In this document: positions 7,762 through 19,988 of the stretch, piece by piece
How positions within the stretch are numbered: position 1 is the stretch's first letter
Layout: each line of letters opens with the position of its first letter
DNA from: Aliivibrio fischeri ES114
Lineage (GTDB): Bacteria > Pseudomonadota > Gammaproteobacteria > Enterobacterales > Vibrionaceae
Assembly (NCBI RefSeq): GCF_000011805.1
Contig: NC_006840.2
Length of the DNA: 32,000 nucleotides
Strand: one strand, 5' to 3'
The notes under the pieces: generated by a model
Seen by the model: the letters and a program-made list of their open reading frames with translations, nothing else
What the model was told of the DNA's origin: nothing
Databases searched by the model: none
Made by a program: the position numbers and the translations under genes

Positions 7762-8640
7762 ATGTCCAACCATAATATTCAAATAAAAGCGGGCAACATC
7801 ATCGATACGATAGGCAGTCTTTATAATAGTTTGACTCCATCTTCAAAGCGTATCGCTGATTATGTTATGTCTAATGCGACTCAAGTGAGTAAACACTCGA
7901 TTGCTGAACTATCACAGATTGTAAATGCGGGTGATGCAACCATTATTCGTTTTTGTCGAACTCTTGGTTTTAAGGGCTATCAAGATTTTAAAATGGAATT
8001 GGCGATTGAAGTTTCTAATCTTCAAGGTCGAGAAAAAGAGATTTTTGATACTGATGTTACTGCGGAAGATAATGCGGAAGTGATAGGGCATAAGCTTCAA
8101 TCAACCATTGAAAGCGTCCTTGCTGAAACCATGAATTTACTTAACTTCCAATCTTTAGAGTCGGTAGCTGAAGCATTAAAAGATGCAAAAGCGATTTACT
8201 TTTTTGGTGTTGGTTCATCAGGTTTAACCGCTGAAAGTGCAAAACATAAATTCATGCGAATTGGTTTAAATGTGGATGCATTTACTAATAACCATTTTAT
8301 GTATATTAAATCATCGTTAATGCAACCTGGGGATTTCGCAGTAGGGCTTAGTCACTCTGGTAATTCAGTTGAAACGACAAAAGCATTACGCTTAGCAAAA
8401 GAGAGTGGAGCGACGACGATTGCCATTACGCATAATCCTCGTTCGGATATTACTAAGTATTCTGATTATGTCTTAGTGAACGGTAATAGGCAGGGACAAC
8501 TGCAAGGTGACTCTATTGGTACTAAAATATCGCAGTTGTTCGTATTGGATTTAATTTATACTTTATTAGTGAAGCGTGATATTAGTGGTGCAAAAGCTAA
8601 TAAACTCAAGACTACAGAAGCGCTTTCTAACCAATCGTAA
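7762..8640 (+). CDS. nanR: RpiR/MurR-family transcriptional regulator (HTH_6 + SIS domain), probable sialic-acid regulator NanR
   Basis: N-terminal RpiR HTH (SIAELSQIVNAGDATIIRFCRTLGFKGYQDFK) and a C-terminal SIS domain (IYFFGVGSSGLTAESAKHKF...GLSHSGNS). Divergent from nanA, as in Vibrio nan clusters. Confidence 0.85.
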   Translation: MSNHNIQIKAGNIIDTIGSLYNSLTPSSKRIADYVMSNATQVSKHSIAELSQIVNAGDATIIRFCRTLGFKGYQDFKMELAIEVSNLQGREKEIFDTDVTAEDNAEVIGHKLQSTIESVLAETMNLLNFQSLESVAEALKDAKAIYFFGVGSSGLTAESAKHKFMRIGLNVDAFTNNHFMYIKSSLMQPGDFAVGLSHSGNSVETTKALRLAKESGATTIAITHNPRSDITKYSDYVLVNGNRQGQLQGDSIGTKISQLFVLDLIYTLLVKRDISGAKANKLKTTEALSNQS

Positions 8641-8663
8641 TTCTTTGACTGTATAAAATTATA

Positions 8664-8700
8664 AGGCCGTGAATATACACATATTCACGGCCTATTTTTT
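8664..8700. terminator. Terminator shared by convergent nanR and nagA
   Basis: AGGCCGTGAATAT (8664-8676), loop ACAC, ATATTCACGGCCT (8681-8693), then T6. A perfect 13-bp stem. Confidence 0.8.
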
Positions 8701-9859
8701 ATTTCTGATAAACCAATTTACCCATTTGAATCGTTGTTGTAATGTCATTATTACTGTCAATAAGAGTAATGTTTGCTTTGTAGTTTTCTTTTAATTGACC
8801 GTATTCATTGTCTATTTTCAACGCTTGGGCTGGGTATAAGCTTGCCATTCTTAAGGCTTCTTCTTTTGATAAACCCACATGACTAATTAAGTTACGTACC
8901 CCATCAATCATAGTAATGGCTGCGCCTGCAATGGTGCCATCTTTATAGTGACATTTTCCATCGGTCACATAAGCAGGCGTTCCTGCCATATCAAACTCTG
9001 TTAAATCCGTTCCCGCAGGAGTGACTGCATCGGTAACCAAAAAGAGTTTTTCTTTTAGTTGTTCGTGAGCAATTTTAACTGATGGGTAAGAAGCATGAAT
9101 GCCATCTACAATAATACCTGCATGAGGTTTTTTATCGAAAATATAACCAACCACACCTGGTTCTCTTGAACCAAGAGGTGTCATTGCATTATATAAATGC
9201 GTAGCCATAGTGAAACCAGTACGGGCGTTTACTTGATCATAAGTGGCGTTGGTATGTCCAATTGAAACCGTAATCCCAGCTGCTGTTAAGCAATCTAGAA
9301 CGTCTTGTTTGATGTGTTCTGGAGCAAGTGTAATGACTTTTATTTGGTCACGATGTTGTGCAAGCAGCTGAGCGGTATTTAAATCTAGTTCACGAATGTA
9401 TTGTGCTTGGTGAGCGCCTTTTTTCTCAATACTGATGAAAGGTCCTTCAAGGTGAAGTCCTAATACACCTTCCTGTTCTGCATTCTCAAAATTGGTCATC
9501 ATTGACAATGTATTATGAAGGTCGAGTTCAGTACTGGTAATTAAGGTTGGTAAGTATTGAGTTGTTCCGTATTTTACGTTGGTTTTATTCATCGTTTCTA
9601 ATGTTGAAAGCGCTATATCAGTATTGAGTAACACACCACCACAACCATTAAGTTGAATATCAATAAAACCTGCGGTTGCTAATGCACCCTCTCCATCAAT
9701 GCGATCTAGAGTTAAAGAGTCAGCTTCTTTCATTGAAATTATGGATGAAATTGAATCGTTATTGATAATAATAGCCTGTTTTTCTTCTATTTTTTGACCA
9801 TTAAATACATCAACATTGGTAATCATATACTGATTATTTTGAGCATTTGTACTGTTCAT
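8699..9859 (-). CDS. nagA: N-acetylglucosamine-6-phosphate deacetylase
   Basis: 386 aa. GFIDIQLNGCGGV, HLEGPF, and HTNATY / ATHLYNAM motifs of NagA. AAGG SD 7 nt upstream of ATG 9859. Confidence 0.9.
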   Translation of the reverse strand: MNSTNAQNNQYMITNVDVFNGQKIEEKQAIIINNDSISSIISMKEADSLTLDRIDGEGALATAGFIDIQLNGCGGVLLNTDIALSTLETMNKTNVKYGTTQYLPTLITSTELDLHNTLSMMTNFENAEQEGVLGLHLEGPFISIEKKGAHQAQYIRELDLNTAQLLAQHRDQIKVITLAPEHIKQDVLDCLTAAGITVSIGHTNATYDQVNARTGFTMATHLYNAMTPLGSREPGVVGYIFDKKPHAGIIVDGIHASYPSVKIAHEQLKEKLFLVTDAVTPAGTDLTEFDMAGTPAYVTDGKCHYKDGTIAGAAITMIDGVRNLISHVGLSKEEALRMASLYPAQALKIDNEYGQLKENYKANITLIDSNNDITTTIQMGKLVYQK

Positions 9860-9892
9860 TTTTCTGCCTTATCCATCAAATATTCATTCCTA

Positions 9893-9907
9893 TTGGAGTT
9901 ACACTCC
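9893..9907. promoter_or_regulatory. Best-formed GGAGT-N3-ACTCC palindromic box, 34 nt upstream of the nagA ATG (candidate NanR operator)
   Basis: TTGGAGTTACACTCC: GGAGT and ACTCC are exact reverse complements around a 3-nt spacer. Confidence 0.45.
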
Positions 9908-10012
9908 GAATTTTATACAGTCAAAAATACAGTAATGTCGAAATGCAATCAATTAAAATCCTTACAAATAAGGCGATTTGTATCTTCCAATTTTATTGGT
10001 TCTATTTTTAAA

Positions 10013-10026
10013 GAGATCTAGATCTC
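10013..10026. repeat. Perfect 14-bp palindrome GAGATCTAGATCTC in the nagA-nanE intergenic region (candidate dimeric-regulator site, CRP-like core)
   Basis: Checked base by base as self-complementary. It resembles the CRP consensus core TGTGATCTAGATCACA with GTGA changed to GAGA in each half. Confidence 0.35.
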
Positions 10027-10044
10027 CATTTTTATATCTTTAGA

Positions 10045-10085
10045 TTGAAGTATTACTCCGTTGGTGTAGTTTGGAGTAATACTAT
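10045..10085. promoter_or_regulatory. Two GGAGT-type boxes proximal to nanE (candidate NanR operator)
   Basis: TTGAAGTATTACTCC (10045-10059) and TTGGAGTAATACTAT (10071-10085), 32-72 nt upstream of the nanE ATG. Confidence 0.4.
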
Positions 10086-10116
10086 TATGTTGCTATTAAG
10101 TTTGGAGTTCAGCTTT

Positions 10117-10824
10117 ATGGGAAGCAATATCGACAAGACATTAAATGCATTATCTCAAGGCTTCGTTTCATCATGTCAGCCAGTTGATGATGGCCCAATG
10201 GATAAACCTGAAATTGTTGCTGCTATGGCAATGGCAAGTGTTGAAGGTGGCGCAATTGGTTTACGAATTGAAGGCATTGATAATTTAAAAGCAGTAAGAC
10301 CACATGTATCGGTTCCAATTATTGGCATTATTAAGCGTGATCTTGATGACTCTGAGGTTCGGATTACACCTTATATCGAGGACGTAATTGCATTAAAAGA
10401 AGCTGGGGCAGATATCATTGCAATTGATGCGACTCACCGACCTCGACCTGTACCCGTCGAAGAATTAGTAAAGAAAATTCAAAGCTTAGGTTGTTTAGTC
10501 ATGGCGGACTCTTCGACTTATGAAGAGGGAATGTTTTGTCATGGACTCGGTGTTGAAATTATAGGTACCACATTATCTGGATACACCACACCAGTCACTC
10601 CAAAAGAACCGGATTTCCCGTTCATTCAACAATTAGCAAATCAAGGGTGTTTTGTTATGGCTGAAGGGCGTTTTAATTCACCACAATTGGCTAGAGAAGC
10701 AATAGAAGCGGGAGCATCTTGCGTCACTGTTGGTTCAGCGATTACACGTATTGAGCATATTTGTGGTTGGTTTAAATCTGAAGTTGAACTAGGTAAGAAA
10801 AACATGGTTAAGGACATCGCATGA
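10117..10824 (+). CDS. nanE: N-acetylmannosamine-6-phosphate 2-epimerase. Start moved to ATG 10117 (GGAG SD at 10104-10107)
   Basis: 235 aa NanE-family TIM barrel ([39 protein letters not shown]). The ORF-track extension 10045-10116 is hydrophobic junk that overlaps the operator boxes. Confidence 0.9.
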   Translation: MGSNIDKTLNALSQGFVSSCQPVDDGPMDKPEIVAAMAMASVEGGAIGLRIEGIDNLKAVRPHVSVPIIGIIKRDLDDSEVRITPYIEDVIALKEAGADIIAIDATHRPRPVPVEELVKKIQSLGCLVMADSSTYEEGMFCHGLGVEIIGTTLSGYTTPVTPKEPDFPFIQQLANQGCFVMAEGRFNSPQLAREAIEAGASCVTVGSAITRIEHICGWFKSEVELGKKNMVKDIA

Positions 10825-11696
10825 AGCCTTGCTTAACGGTTGATATTGGTGGAACTAAAATTGCAGCGGCAATCATTGAATCTGGAAAAGTGCTACGCCG
10901 TCAGCAAATTGCGACACCATCGTCTAGCCAACCAGAAGAGATGGATAAAGCGTTAGAGGAACTGTTAACGCCATTTTTAGATGATATTTCAACGGTTGCT
11001 GTAGCATCAACTGGGATCATTGATGATGGAGTATTAACTGCTTTAAATCCGTTAAATCTGGGTGGATTAAATAACTATCCACTAAGAGCTGTGATTGAAA
11101 AAATCACGAAAAAGCCAACAACAGTCATTAATGATGCGCAAGCTGCCGCATGGGCTGAGTACCAAACACTTGAGTTAAATATGGTTAACATGGCTTTTAT
11201 TACCGTATCTACTGGCGTTGGTGCTGGCGTTGTTATTAATGATGATTTGCTTATCGGTGCGAATGGTATTGCAGGTCACGCAGGACATACGCTTGCGGAT
11301 CCTAATGGACCAATATGTGGTTGTGGTCGTCGAGGCTGTGTTGAGAGTATTGCTTCAGGTACAGCGATAGGCCAAGCCGGAAAAACCTATTTTGGCGATA
11401 ACTGCACAGGGGAAATGGTTTTTAAACATTTTTCGCAAAATGACCCTAATGCCACAGATATCGTAAACGGTTCAGCTAAGGCGATAGCCAACTTAATTGC
11501 CGATTTAAAAATGGTATTAGATATTGAATTGGTCGCTTTAGGAGGCAGTGTTGGTCTTGCTCCTCATTATTTAGAACTCGTACAGCATTACCTAGCACAA
11601 CAACCTTCACCATACCAAACCAAGGTTCAGCATGCTCGTTGCGGCGCTGATGCAGGATTGATTGGTGTCGCTCATTGGGCTAGCAAAATACGTTAA
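10821..11696 (+). CDS. nanK: N-acetylmannosamine kinase (ROK family)
   Basis: [13 protein letters not shown] motif. ROK zinc motif [28 protein letters not shown] overlap with nanE. Confidence 0.85.
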   Translation: MKPCLTVDIGGTKIAAAIIESGKVLRRQQIATPSSSQPEEMDKALEELLTPFLDDISTVAVASTGIIDDGVLTALNPLNLGGLNNYPLRAVIEKITKKPTTVINDAQAAAWAEYQTLELNMVNMAFITVSTGVGAGVVINDDLLIGANGIAGHAGHTLADPNGPICGCGRRGCVESIASGTAIGQAGKTYFGDNCTGEMVFKHFSQNDPNATDIVNGSAKAIANLIADLKMVLDIELVALGGSVGLAPHYLELVQHYLAQQPSPYQTKVQHARCGADAGLIGVAHWASKIR

Positions 11697-11755
11697 AAAA
11701 GAACTTCTAAGAAATAGTAATTTAACCCTACAAAAATTATACAAGGTATATTCCG

Positions 11756-13273
11756 ATGGAAGCACAATCATTTGGTACATTAAATTACATTGCTCTCTTT
11801 GCCTATCTAGGGGCAATTATGGCAGTGGGTGTTTATTTTGCTCGTCGTCAAAAGTCAGCTGATGATTACTTTAAAGCTGGGGGAAGGATCCCCGGTTGGG
11901 CTGCTGGTTTCAGTGTATTTGCAACAACTTTAAGCTCTATTACCTTTATGTCTATTCCGGCAAAAGCGTATACAAGTGACTGGACTTTCTTAATTGGTCA
12001 GTATGTCGCTATTGCTATTCTTCCTATCGTTTTTTGGTTCTATATTCCCTTTTTTAGAAAGCTAAATCTGACTTCTGTATATGAATACTTAGAAAGACGT
12101 TTTGATGTAAGAATGCGCTTATTCGGTAGTATTTCTTTCATGCTTTTCCATATTGGTCGTATTGCTATTGTTACCTATTTAACGGCGTTGGCGTTAATGC
12201 CATTCATTGATATTAGCCCGTTAATGATTGTGTTCTTAATTGGTGTTCTTTGTATTATTTATACCTTCCTTGGTGGTATCGAAGGGGTAATTTGGACCGA
12301 TGTAATTCAAGGTGTAATGCTTTCTGTTGCTGCCATTCTTATCTTTGTTGTTATTTGCTTTAATGTGGATGGCGGTATTGTTGAAGTGTTTAGCATGTCG
12401 AACCAAGCGGATAAATATTTCCCTGCAGAGCAATTTAGCTGGAGCTGGACGGACAGTACGATTCCAGTATTAATGATTGGTTTCTTCTTTGCTTCATTAC
12501 AACAATTTACAGCGAGCCAAGATGTGGTTCAGCGCTACATTGTGACTGACAATATTGATGAGACTAAAAAAGCATTGATCACTAATGCGAAATTAGTGGC
12601 TTGTGTTCCTATTTTCTTCTTCGCTGTAGGTTCTGCATTATTTGCTTACTACACTCAAAATCCAGAGCTGCTTCCTGAGAACTTTAACACGGGCGGTATT
12701 CTACCTTTCTACGTTATTTCTCAAATGCCTGTTGGGGTTGCTGGTCTAATTATCGCAGCGATATTTGCAGCGTCACAATCAAGTATTTCAAGTAGTTTAA
12801 ATAGTATTGCAGCGTGTTTTACTTCTGACATTTATGAAAAAGTGAGCAAGAACCCAACCTCAGAGCAGAAGCTAAGAATTGGTCGAACACTAACTGTTGT
12901 TGCTGGTCTTTTAGGTGTCGTCGCTTCAACATACTTAATTATGTCTAACGAAAGTGAAATTTGGGATGCGTTCAATAGCTTACTTGGCTTAATGGGTGGC
13001 CCAATGACAGGACTATTTATGCTTGGTATCTTTGTTCGTCGTGCAAATGCAAACAGTGCGTTATTAGGTGTAGTTGCAAGTATCGCTACCGTACTGTGGG
13101 TTCGCTCTGCAACAGATTTAAACTTCTTCTTCTATGGTGTTATCGGTACTTTGATGGTGGTTATTGTGGGTTACCTAACCGCACCAATGTTTAAGAATAA
13201 TTTAAACAGTGATGAAATTGATGAGCTAAGTGCAACAAAAGAAAAGCGTTCAACCACTGCTGAAAAAGCGTAA
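11756..13273 (+). CDS. siaT: Sodium:solute symporter (SSS) family sialic acid transporter
   Basis: Very close to the Proteus mirabilis SiaT sequence as I recall it (GWAAG.SVFATTLSSITFMSIPAKAYTSDWTF, QQFTASQDVVQRYIVTD, IFAA.QSSISSSLNS). Located inside the nan operon. Confidence 0.85.
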   Translation: MEAQSFGTLNYIALFAYLGAIMAVGVYFARRQKSADDYFKAGGRIPGWAAGFSVFATTLSSITFMSIPAKAYTSDWTFLIGQYVAIAILPIVFWFYIPFFRKLNLTSVYEYLERRFDVRMRLFGSISFMLFHIGRIAIVTYLTALALMPFIDISPLMIVFLIGVLCIIYTFLGGIEGVIWTDVIQGVMLSVAAILIFVVICFNVDGGIVEVFSMSNQADKYFPAEQFSWSWTDSTIPVLMIGFFFASLQQFTASQDVVQRYIVTDNIDETKKALITNAKLVACVPIFFFAVGSALFAYYTQNPELLPENFNTGGILPFYVISQMPVGVAGLIIAAIFAASQSSISSSLNSIAACFTSDIYEKVSKNPTSEQKLRIGRTLTVVAGLLGVVASTYLIMSNESEIWDAFNSLLGLMGGPMTGLFMLGIFVRRANANSALLGVVASIATVLWVRSATDLNFFFYGVIGTLMVVIVGYLTAPMFKNNLNSDEIDELSATKEKRSTTAEKA

Positions 13274-13280
13274 TTGATAA

Positions 13281-13799
<519 letters not shown>

Positions 13800-13812
13800 T
13801 TAATTGAAAATA

Positions 13813-13870
13813 AAAGCCCTGATACGTACTTAGTTATGGCATAAGTAGTATCAGGGCTTTGTCTTATTTT
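13813..13870. terminator. Long hairpin terminator between convergent yhcH and ureG
   Basis: AAAGCCCTGATAC (13813-13825) pairs with GTATCAGGGCTTT (13848-13860). An inner TACTTA/TAAGTA pairing extends it. T-rich tail follows. Confidence 0.65.
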
Positions 13871-13917
13871 AGGAAGGTTTATATTGATGCTTGTTTATCG
13901 CAATTTGTTTAGCGTCA

Positions 13918-14538
13918 TTATTTTGCGTCTAGCATGCCGCGATCAACGATGAACTCGATGATTTTATCTAAACCAACGCCTTCTTTCAGGTTTGTAAACA
14001 CGTATGGACGGGTTGGACGCATACGTGCCGTGTCAGATTCCATTACTTCAAGAGAAGCGCCAACATACGGTGCTAAGTCGATTTTATTAATGATCAATAA
14101 ATCCGATTTTGTGATACCAGGGCCACCTTTACGAGGGATCTTTTCACCTTCAGCAACATCAATCACATAGATGGTTAAGTCCGCTAGTTCAGGGCTGAAG
14201 GTTGCACTTAGGTTGTCGCCGCCACTTTCTACAAAAACAACATCTAAGTTTTTATGGCGCTGTGCTAACTCTTCAACAGCAGCTAAGTTCATTGATGCAT
14301 CTTCACGAATGGCAGTGTGAGGACAGCCACCGGTTTCTACACCAATGATGCGATCTGCTGCTAACGCTTCAGCTTGAGTTAGGATCTTGGCATCTTCTTG
14401 CGTGTAGATATCGTTGGTTACTACAGCGATTTGGTATGTATCGCGCAGTGTTTTACACAGTACTTCTAATAGTGCTGTTTTACCTGAACCAACAGGGCCA
14501 CCAACACCAATACGTAACGGTTGTTTGTAATCTTGCAT
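13918..14538 (-). CDS. ureG: Urease accessory GTPase UreG
   Basis: [12 protein letters not shown]-loop, CPH metal motif ([13 protein letters not shown]), 206 aa. Confidence 0.95.
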   Translation of the reverse strand: MQDYKQPLRIGVGGPVGSGKTALLEVLCKTLRDTYQIAVVTNDIYTQEDAKILTQAEALAADRIIGVETGGCPHTAIREDASMNLAAVEELAQRHKNLDVVFVESGGDNLSATFSPELADLTIYVIDVAEGEKIPRKGGPGITKSDLLIINKIDLAPYVGASLEVMESDTARMRPTRPYVFTNLKEGVGLDKIIEFIVDRGMLDAK

Positions 14539-14547
14539 TTTATTTTC

Positions 14548-15213
14548 TCACGATCTAAATAGTCGAGTGTATTGGCTCTCGTGTCGAGAGCTTGCCAATA
14601 CTTGCGCTGGGGTGAAGCTACCTATCAAGTGTTCAGGCCAGTGCTGTGATTTTTCTACTGCTTGCGGGATAACATCAGCCATTTCTAATAGCAGTTGTTG
14701 TCCGGCACTTTGTCCTAATGGAACCAATTTAATGCCGACAATAACGGCATTCTCTAACCATCCCCACGCATACGCTGCAGCGAGTTTGGTTGGTGTTAAG
14801 TTCCAATGGTTAGCGGCTAACGCAAAAGCAGCAACTTGAGTTTGTTTTACCATTGGTAGGGTGGTTTGATTTAATTCGATCCCTAATTTTGGTAATAACA
14901 TAGAGAAGGCGAGTCCTCTTTGTCTTTCTTCAAGGCGTAACTCTTTAGTTTCTCGATTAGCGATAATAAAATCACACCAATCTTGAGCTTGTTGCCACTC
15001 TTCTTGCTGCAGTAACTGAGTTAATTTGGCTAAAACAGGCAACTCTAGGGTTGCTAGGCTGTCCATTAATTGATTACTTAACCAATGTTTTAGCTCAGTT
15101 ACATTGGTTACCCAGCCTTTTTCAATCGCCCATTCTAAACCTTGTGAATAGGTGAATGAGCCAACAGGTAACGATGGGCTAATTAATTGGTAGAGCCGTA
15201 AATCCTCTAACAC
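14548..15213 (-). CDS. ureF: Urease accessory protein UreF
   Basis: 221 aa. [19 protein letters not shown] is the UreF N-terminal signature. Positioned between ureE and ureG. Confidence 0.9.
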   Translation of the reverse strand: MLEDLRLYQLISPSLPVGSFTYSQGLEWAIEKGWVTNVTELKHWLSNQLMDSLATLELPVLAKLTQLLQQEEWQQAQDWCDFIIANRETKELRLEERQRGLAFSMLLPKLGIELNQTTLPMVKQTQVAAFALAANHWNLTPTKLAAAYAWGWLENAVIVGIKLVPLGQSAGQQLLLEMADVIPQAVEKSQHWPEHLIGSFTPAQVLASSRHESQYTRLFRS

Positions 15214-15224
15214 AATGGCCGCCC

Positions 15225-15716
15225 TTAGTGGTGATGACCATCGTGTGAGCCTGCACTTGAACCACCGTAAGCACCTGGCTCTGGTTGGTATTTCGCTTGC
15301 TCTACTTTTACGTTTAACCCTAAACGTTGCACCATGTCATCAAGTACGTGATCGTGTAGGTAACGGCACCAACCAGCTTCAACTTGTAGAGGAACGTGAC
15401 GGTTACCTAAGTGATAACATGCTTTTGCAAGTAATAATAAGTCGTCACTGTAAACCGTTGATACGGTCTCTTCAGCTGCTGTGATCATTGCTTGAACACC
15501 ATCGTCACTTTCAACGATATCGTGCTCTTTTAATACGGTTCCACGAGGTAAAAACAGCCCCGCTTCAGAGCCATCACTTAACATCACTTTTAAACGACTT
15601 TTGGTGCGCTCTTGCATCGTTAGGCAAATGGTTAGCTCAGTTGCGTTATGAGCATGCTCTTCATTGTGATGATGCTCATCATGGTGGTGATGTACAAGAT
15701 GAGTAAATTTAATCAT
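15225..15716 (-). CDS. ureE: Urease accessory nickel chaperone UreE with His-rich stretches at both ends
   Basis: The core aligns to Klebsiella UreE (KSRLKV.L.DG..AGL.LPRG; [16 protein letters not shown]; HDHVLDDM). N-terminal insert [16 protein letters not shown]; C-terminal GSHDGHHH. Confidence 0.9.
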   Translation of the reverse strand: MIKFTHLVHHHHDEHHHNEEHAHNATELTICLTMQERTKSRLKVMLSDGSEAGLFLPRGTVLKEHDIVESDDGVQAMITAAEETVSTVYSDDLLLLAKACYHLGNRHVPLQVEAGWCRYLHDHVLDDMVQRLGLNVKVEQAKYQPEPGAYGGSSAGSHDGHHH

Positions 15717-15777
15717 GATTGTTCACTCTAAAAAGTGCCCCGCTGGTAAATAGGTAGAAAATCAGCGAGGCAGAGGG

Positions 15778-17837
<2,060 letters not shown>

Positions 17838-17847
17838 GATTTGCTCC

Positions 17848-18150
17848 TTAAACAATTGGCTCATGAATTGAAACAAGTTTGGTGCCGTCAGGGAAAGTAC
17901 ATTCAACCTGAACATCTGGAATCATCTCAGGGACGCCTTCCATTACATCATCAGCGGTTAAAATGGTACGACCGTAGTTCATTAGATCAGCCACTGTACG
18001 ACCATCACGAGCACCTTCCATTATTTCAAAACAGATTAAAGCCACGGCTTCTGGATAATTCAGTTTTAATCCACGGGCTTTACGTCTTTCAGCTATCATG
18101 CCAGCAGAGGCAAGCAGCAGTTTGTCTTTTTCTCTTGGTGTTAATTCCAT
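17848..18150 (-). CDS. ureA: Urease gamma subunit
   Basis: [36 protein letters not shown], 100 aa, canonical UreA. Confidence 0.95.
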   Translation of the reverse strand: MELTPREKDKLLLASAGMIAERRKARGLKLNYPEAVALICFEIMEGARDGRTVADLMNYGRTILTADDVMEGVPEMIPDVQVECTFPDGTKLVSIHEPIV

Positions 18151-18166
18151 AGCTATTCCAACTTAA

Positions 18167-19030
18167 TTATGTAGCCCAGATTCGTGGGACTTCGGGTAAT
18201 TTGCCTAACCAATGCTGACGAGTGTGTTGCCATAAAGTGCTAAAGCACGCCATCATAGGTTCTGTTTGGTGACCTAAATAACGAATAACCAGTAAGCCAT
18301 CAATCTCAGTAATCCCACAAATAGGGTTGCTACTGCCAAATAACTCAGGTTGTTCATGGAAATTTTCATCAATCAGTGTTCTTAATTTTTCTTCTAGTGC
18401 TTCTGAGGCTGGGTAAATATAAAGGTTGCCAAGCATGGGATAGTGCCTCATGCCTGCTGCGTGTTTTATTTCATCAATTGAATCAATGTACATCGACTCA
18501 GATAGCAGCAGTTGATCATCTACTTTGATATTGGTTCTGCCAGTAACAAATCCATTTTCAAATATTTCATCCAGAACAGGGCGACCAAAACAGTTCATCT
18601 CCCATCCAATAAAATGCGCATTCTTATGAAGCTCAACTTGAGTTTTTAATTGAGCCTGACTATCAGGAAAGAAGATATTTTCTTGAGGTAACCACTCTAA
18701 AAATCCATCACTTTCAACCGTAAGGTTTTGTGTTTGTGAAGAGGTAGCCCCTGAACTGCGATAAAACTTAGTCGCTCCTGGTGTCGTTAAAAGTGAGTGA
18801 GCCTGTGGTGATACATGAATATTGATATTGAGTTGATCGCCACCGACTACGCCGCCTGGAGGATGAAGTAAGTAGGTGTGAGCGATACCTGTTTCAGGAT
18901 AAAAAGGGCGCTGCACCATTAAAGGGCCAACTTGTTCTCGATGAACCAGTTTGGTATTTGTCCCTCTTTTTTCATAGAAAAGGGAAATATCAGCTAACCA
19001 ACCTGAAGATGATGTATTTATTTTTGGCAT
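18167..19030 (-). CDS. ureD: Urease accessory protein UreD
   Basis: 287 aa, first gene of the ure operon. UreD/UreH-like motifs ([23 protein letters not shown]). Confidence 0.88.
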   Translation of the reverse strand: MPKINTSSSGWLADISLFYEKRGTNTKLVHREQVGPLMVQRPFYPETGIAHTYLLHPPGGVVGGDQLNINIHVSPQAHSLLTTPGATKFYRSSGATSSQTQNLTVESDGFLEWLPQENIFFPDSQAQLKTQVELHKNAHFIGWEMNCFGRPVLDEIFENGFVTGRTNIKVDDQLLLSESMYIDSIDEIKHAAGMRHYPMLGNLYIYPASEALEEKLRTLIDENFHEQPELFGSSNPICGITEIDGLLVIRYLGHQTEPMMACFSTLWQHTRQHWLGKLPEVPRIWAT

Positions 19031-19399
19031 AACTAACCCTGCCGATATAGCATATTTCTTGAATAAGAAAGAATGAAAATAAATAGCGTACGCCTCCAGT
19101 TTAAAACTAGAGAAATAAGTATTCTGAATAAATTTTAATTGCCTAAATCTAGGCAGTGTCGAGTGAATTACTCTGGTTTAAATTAAAGAAAATTTATTTT
19201 GTGTAAACATGAATATGAATAAATAAATTGTCTTTAGATAAGATGTTTTGAACGATTTACCATGCGGATATTAATCCTATAATTTGTACTTGGCAATAGA
19301 TAAATAACGAAAAAACGCACTTTTTTAACTCGTTTTTTTTATTAAAAATAAAAAGAAAATTTGTTCTTTTATTTGATAGAAATAACAGAAGACTTCTTC

Positions 19400-19987
19400 T
19401 TAATTTATAGTAACTATTTTTTTACAAATGGAATTGAGTAAGTGTTTTTCGTGTGAAATAACTAAGAGTCCTATATTTCTCTTTTCTTGTAAAATCAATA
19501 ATTGCTTCCAAATGGTTTGTTGAGTTATCGAATCAAGTTGAGCGGTGATTTCATCACATAACAAATATTGAGTACTAGGCGTAAGCGCACGAAGTAAAGC
19601 CAAGCGTTGCAACTGCCCACCAGATAATTCTGTAGGAAAACGACTTAACCATTGTTTATCAATATCAAATTGACGTAGAAGGTGTTCAAAGTCATGTTCT
19701 TGAAAGCTTTCTTTTAATGATTTAAGTATGTGCCACTTAGGGTTAAAAGCCAGCTCAGGATGTTGGCCAACCCATTGGACTGGATTAGGTGCTTTTTTTC
19801 CATAGATAGGAACGTTAAGTTCTCCCATTTTTGGTTTGATAAATCCCGCTAATACCATCGCAAGAGTTGATTTACCTGATCCACTCACACCATTTAATCC
19901 AAGTCTTTCTCCTTTATGGAGGTTGATATTGGGTAGTGCGAGAGCTTTTTCTTGGTATTCGACTATCGCATTAGTTAAAGAGATCAT
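19400..19987 (-). CDS. ABC transporter ATP-binding protein (NikE-like), probable nickel importer. Start moved to ATG 19987
   Basis: Walker A GVSGSGKST, signature LSGGQLQR, Walker B LLCDE, H-loop ISHE. The start lies 1 nt after the upstream ATPase stop. Confidence 0.75.
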   Translation of the reverse strand: MISLTNAIVEYQEKALALPNINLHKGERLGLNGVSGSGKSTLAMVLAGFIKPKMGELNVPIYGKKAPNPVQWVGQHPELAFNPKWHILKSLKESFQEHDFEHLLRQFDIDKQWLSRFPTELSGGQLQRLALLRALTPSTQYLLCDEITAQLDSITQQTIWKQLLILQEKRNIGLLVISHEKHLLNSICKKIVTIN

Positions 19988-19988
19988 A

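Noticed and set aside
9794-10021. Intergenic or overlapping ORFs 9794-10021 (+), 11607-11816 (-) and 11662-11862 (+)
   Set aside because: They span promoter/operator DNA or gene junctions, lack SD sequences, and have implausible Cys/Phe/Ile-rich compositions.
10045-10116. N-terminal extensions given by the ORF track for nanE, yhcH (13281), ureB (17915), metN (29789), yaeP (6515), the SBP (24158), the NikE-like ATPase (20038) and proS (26241)
   Set aside because: Alignment to known family N-termini and the presence of SD sequences favour the internal starts. The extensions are hydrophobic or odd peptides that overlap upstream genes or regulatory DNA.
10102-10116. A further GGAGT box (TTGGAGTTCAGCTTT) in the nan region
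   Set aside because: Its GGAG sits 9 nt upstream of the nanE ATG and is best explained as the Shine-Dalgarno sequence. It is not counted as an operator box.
13887-13952. 21-codon ORF ([21 protein letters not shown]) with an AGGAAGG SD 9 nt upstream, overlapping the ureG 3' end antisense
   Set aside because: It is very short, sits in a terminator-flanking region, and has no supporting features. It is most likely a chance occurrence.
19031-19399. Search for a ureR gene, a sigma-54 promoter (TGGCAC-N5-TTGCA) or a terminator in the nikE-ureD gap
   Set aside because: Only tiny ORFs (e.g. MNMNK) are present. The nearest sigma-54-like string (TGGTAAATCGTTCAAA on the minus strand) lacks the GC of the -12 element. 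There is no stable hairpin with a T-run.
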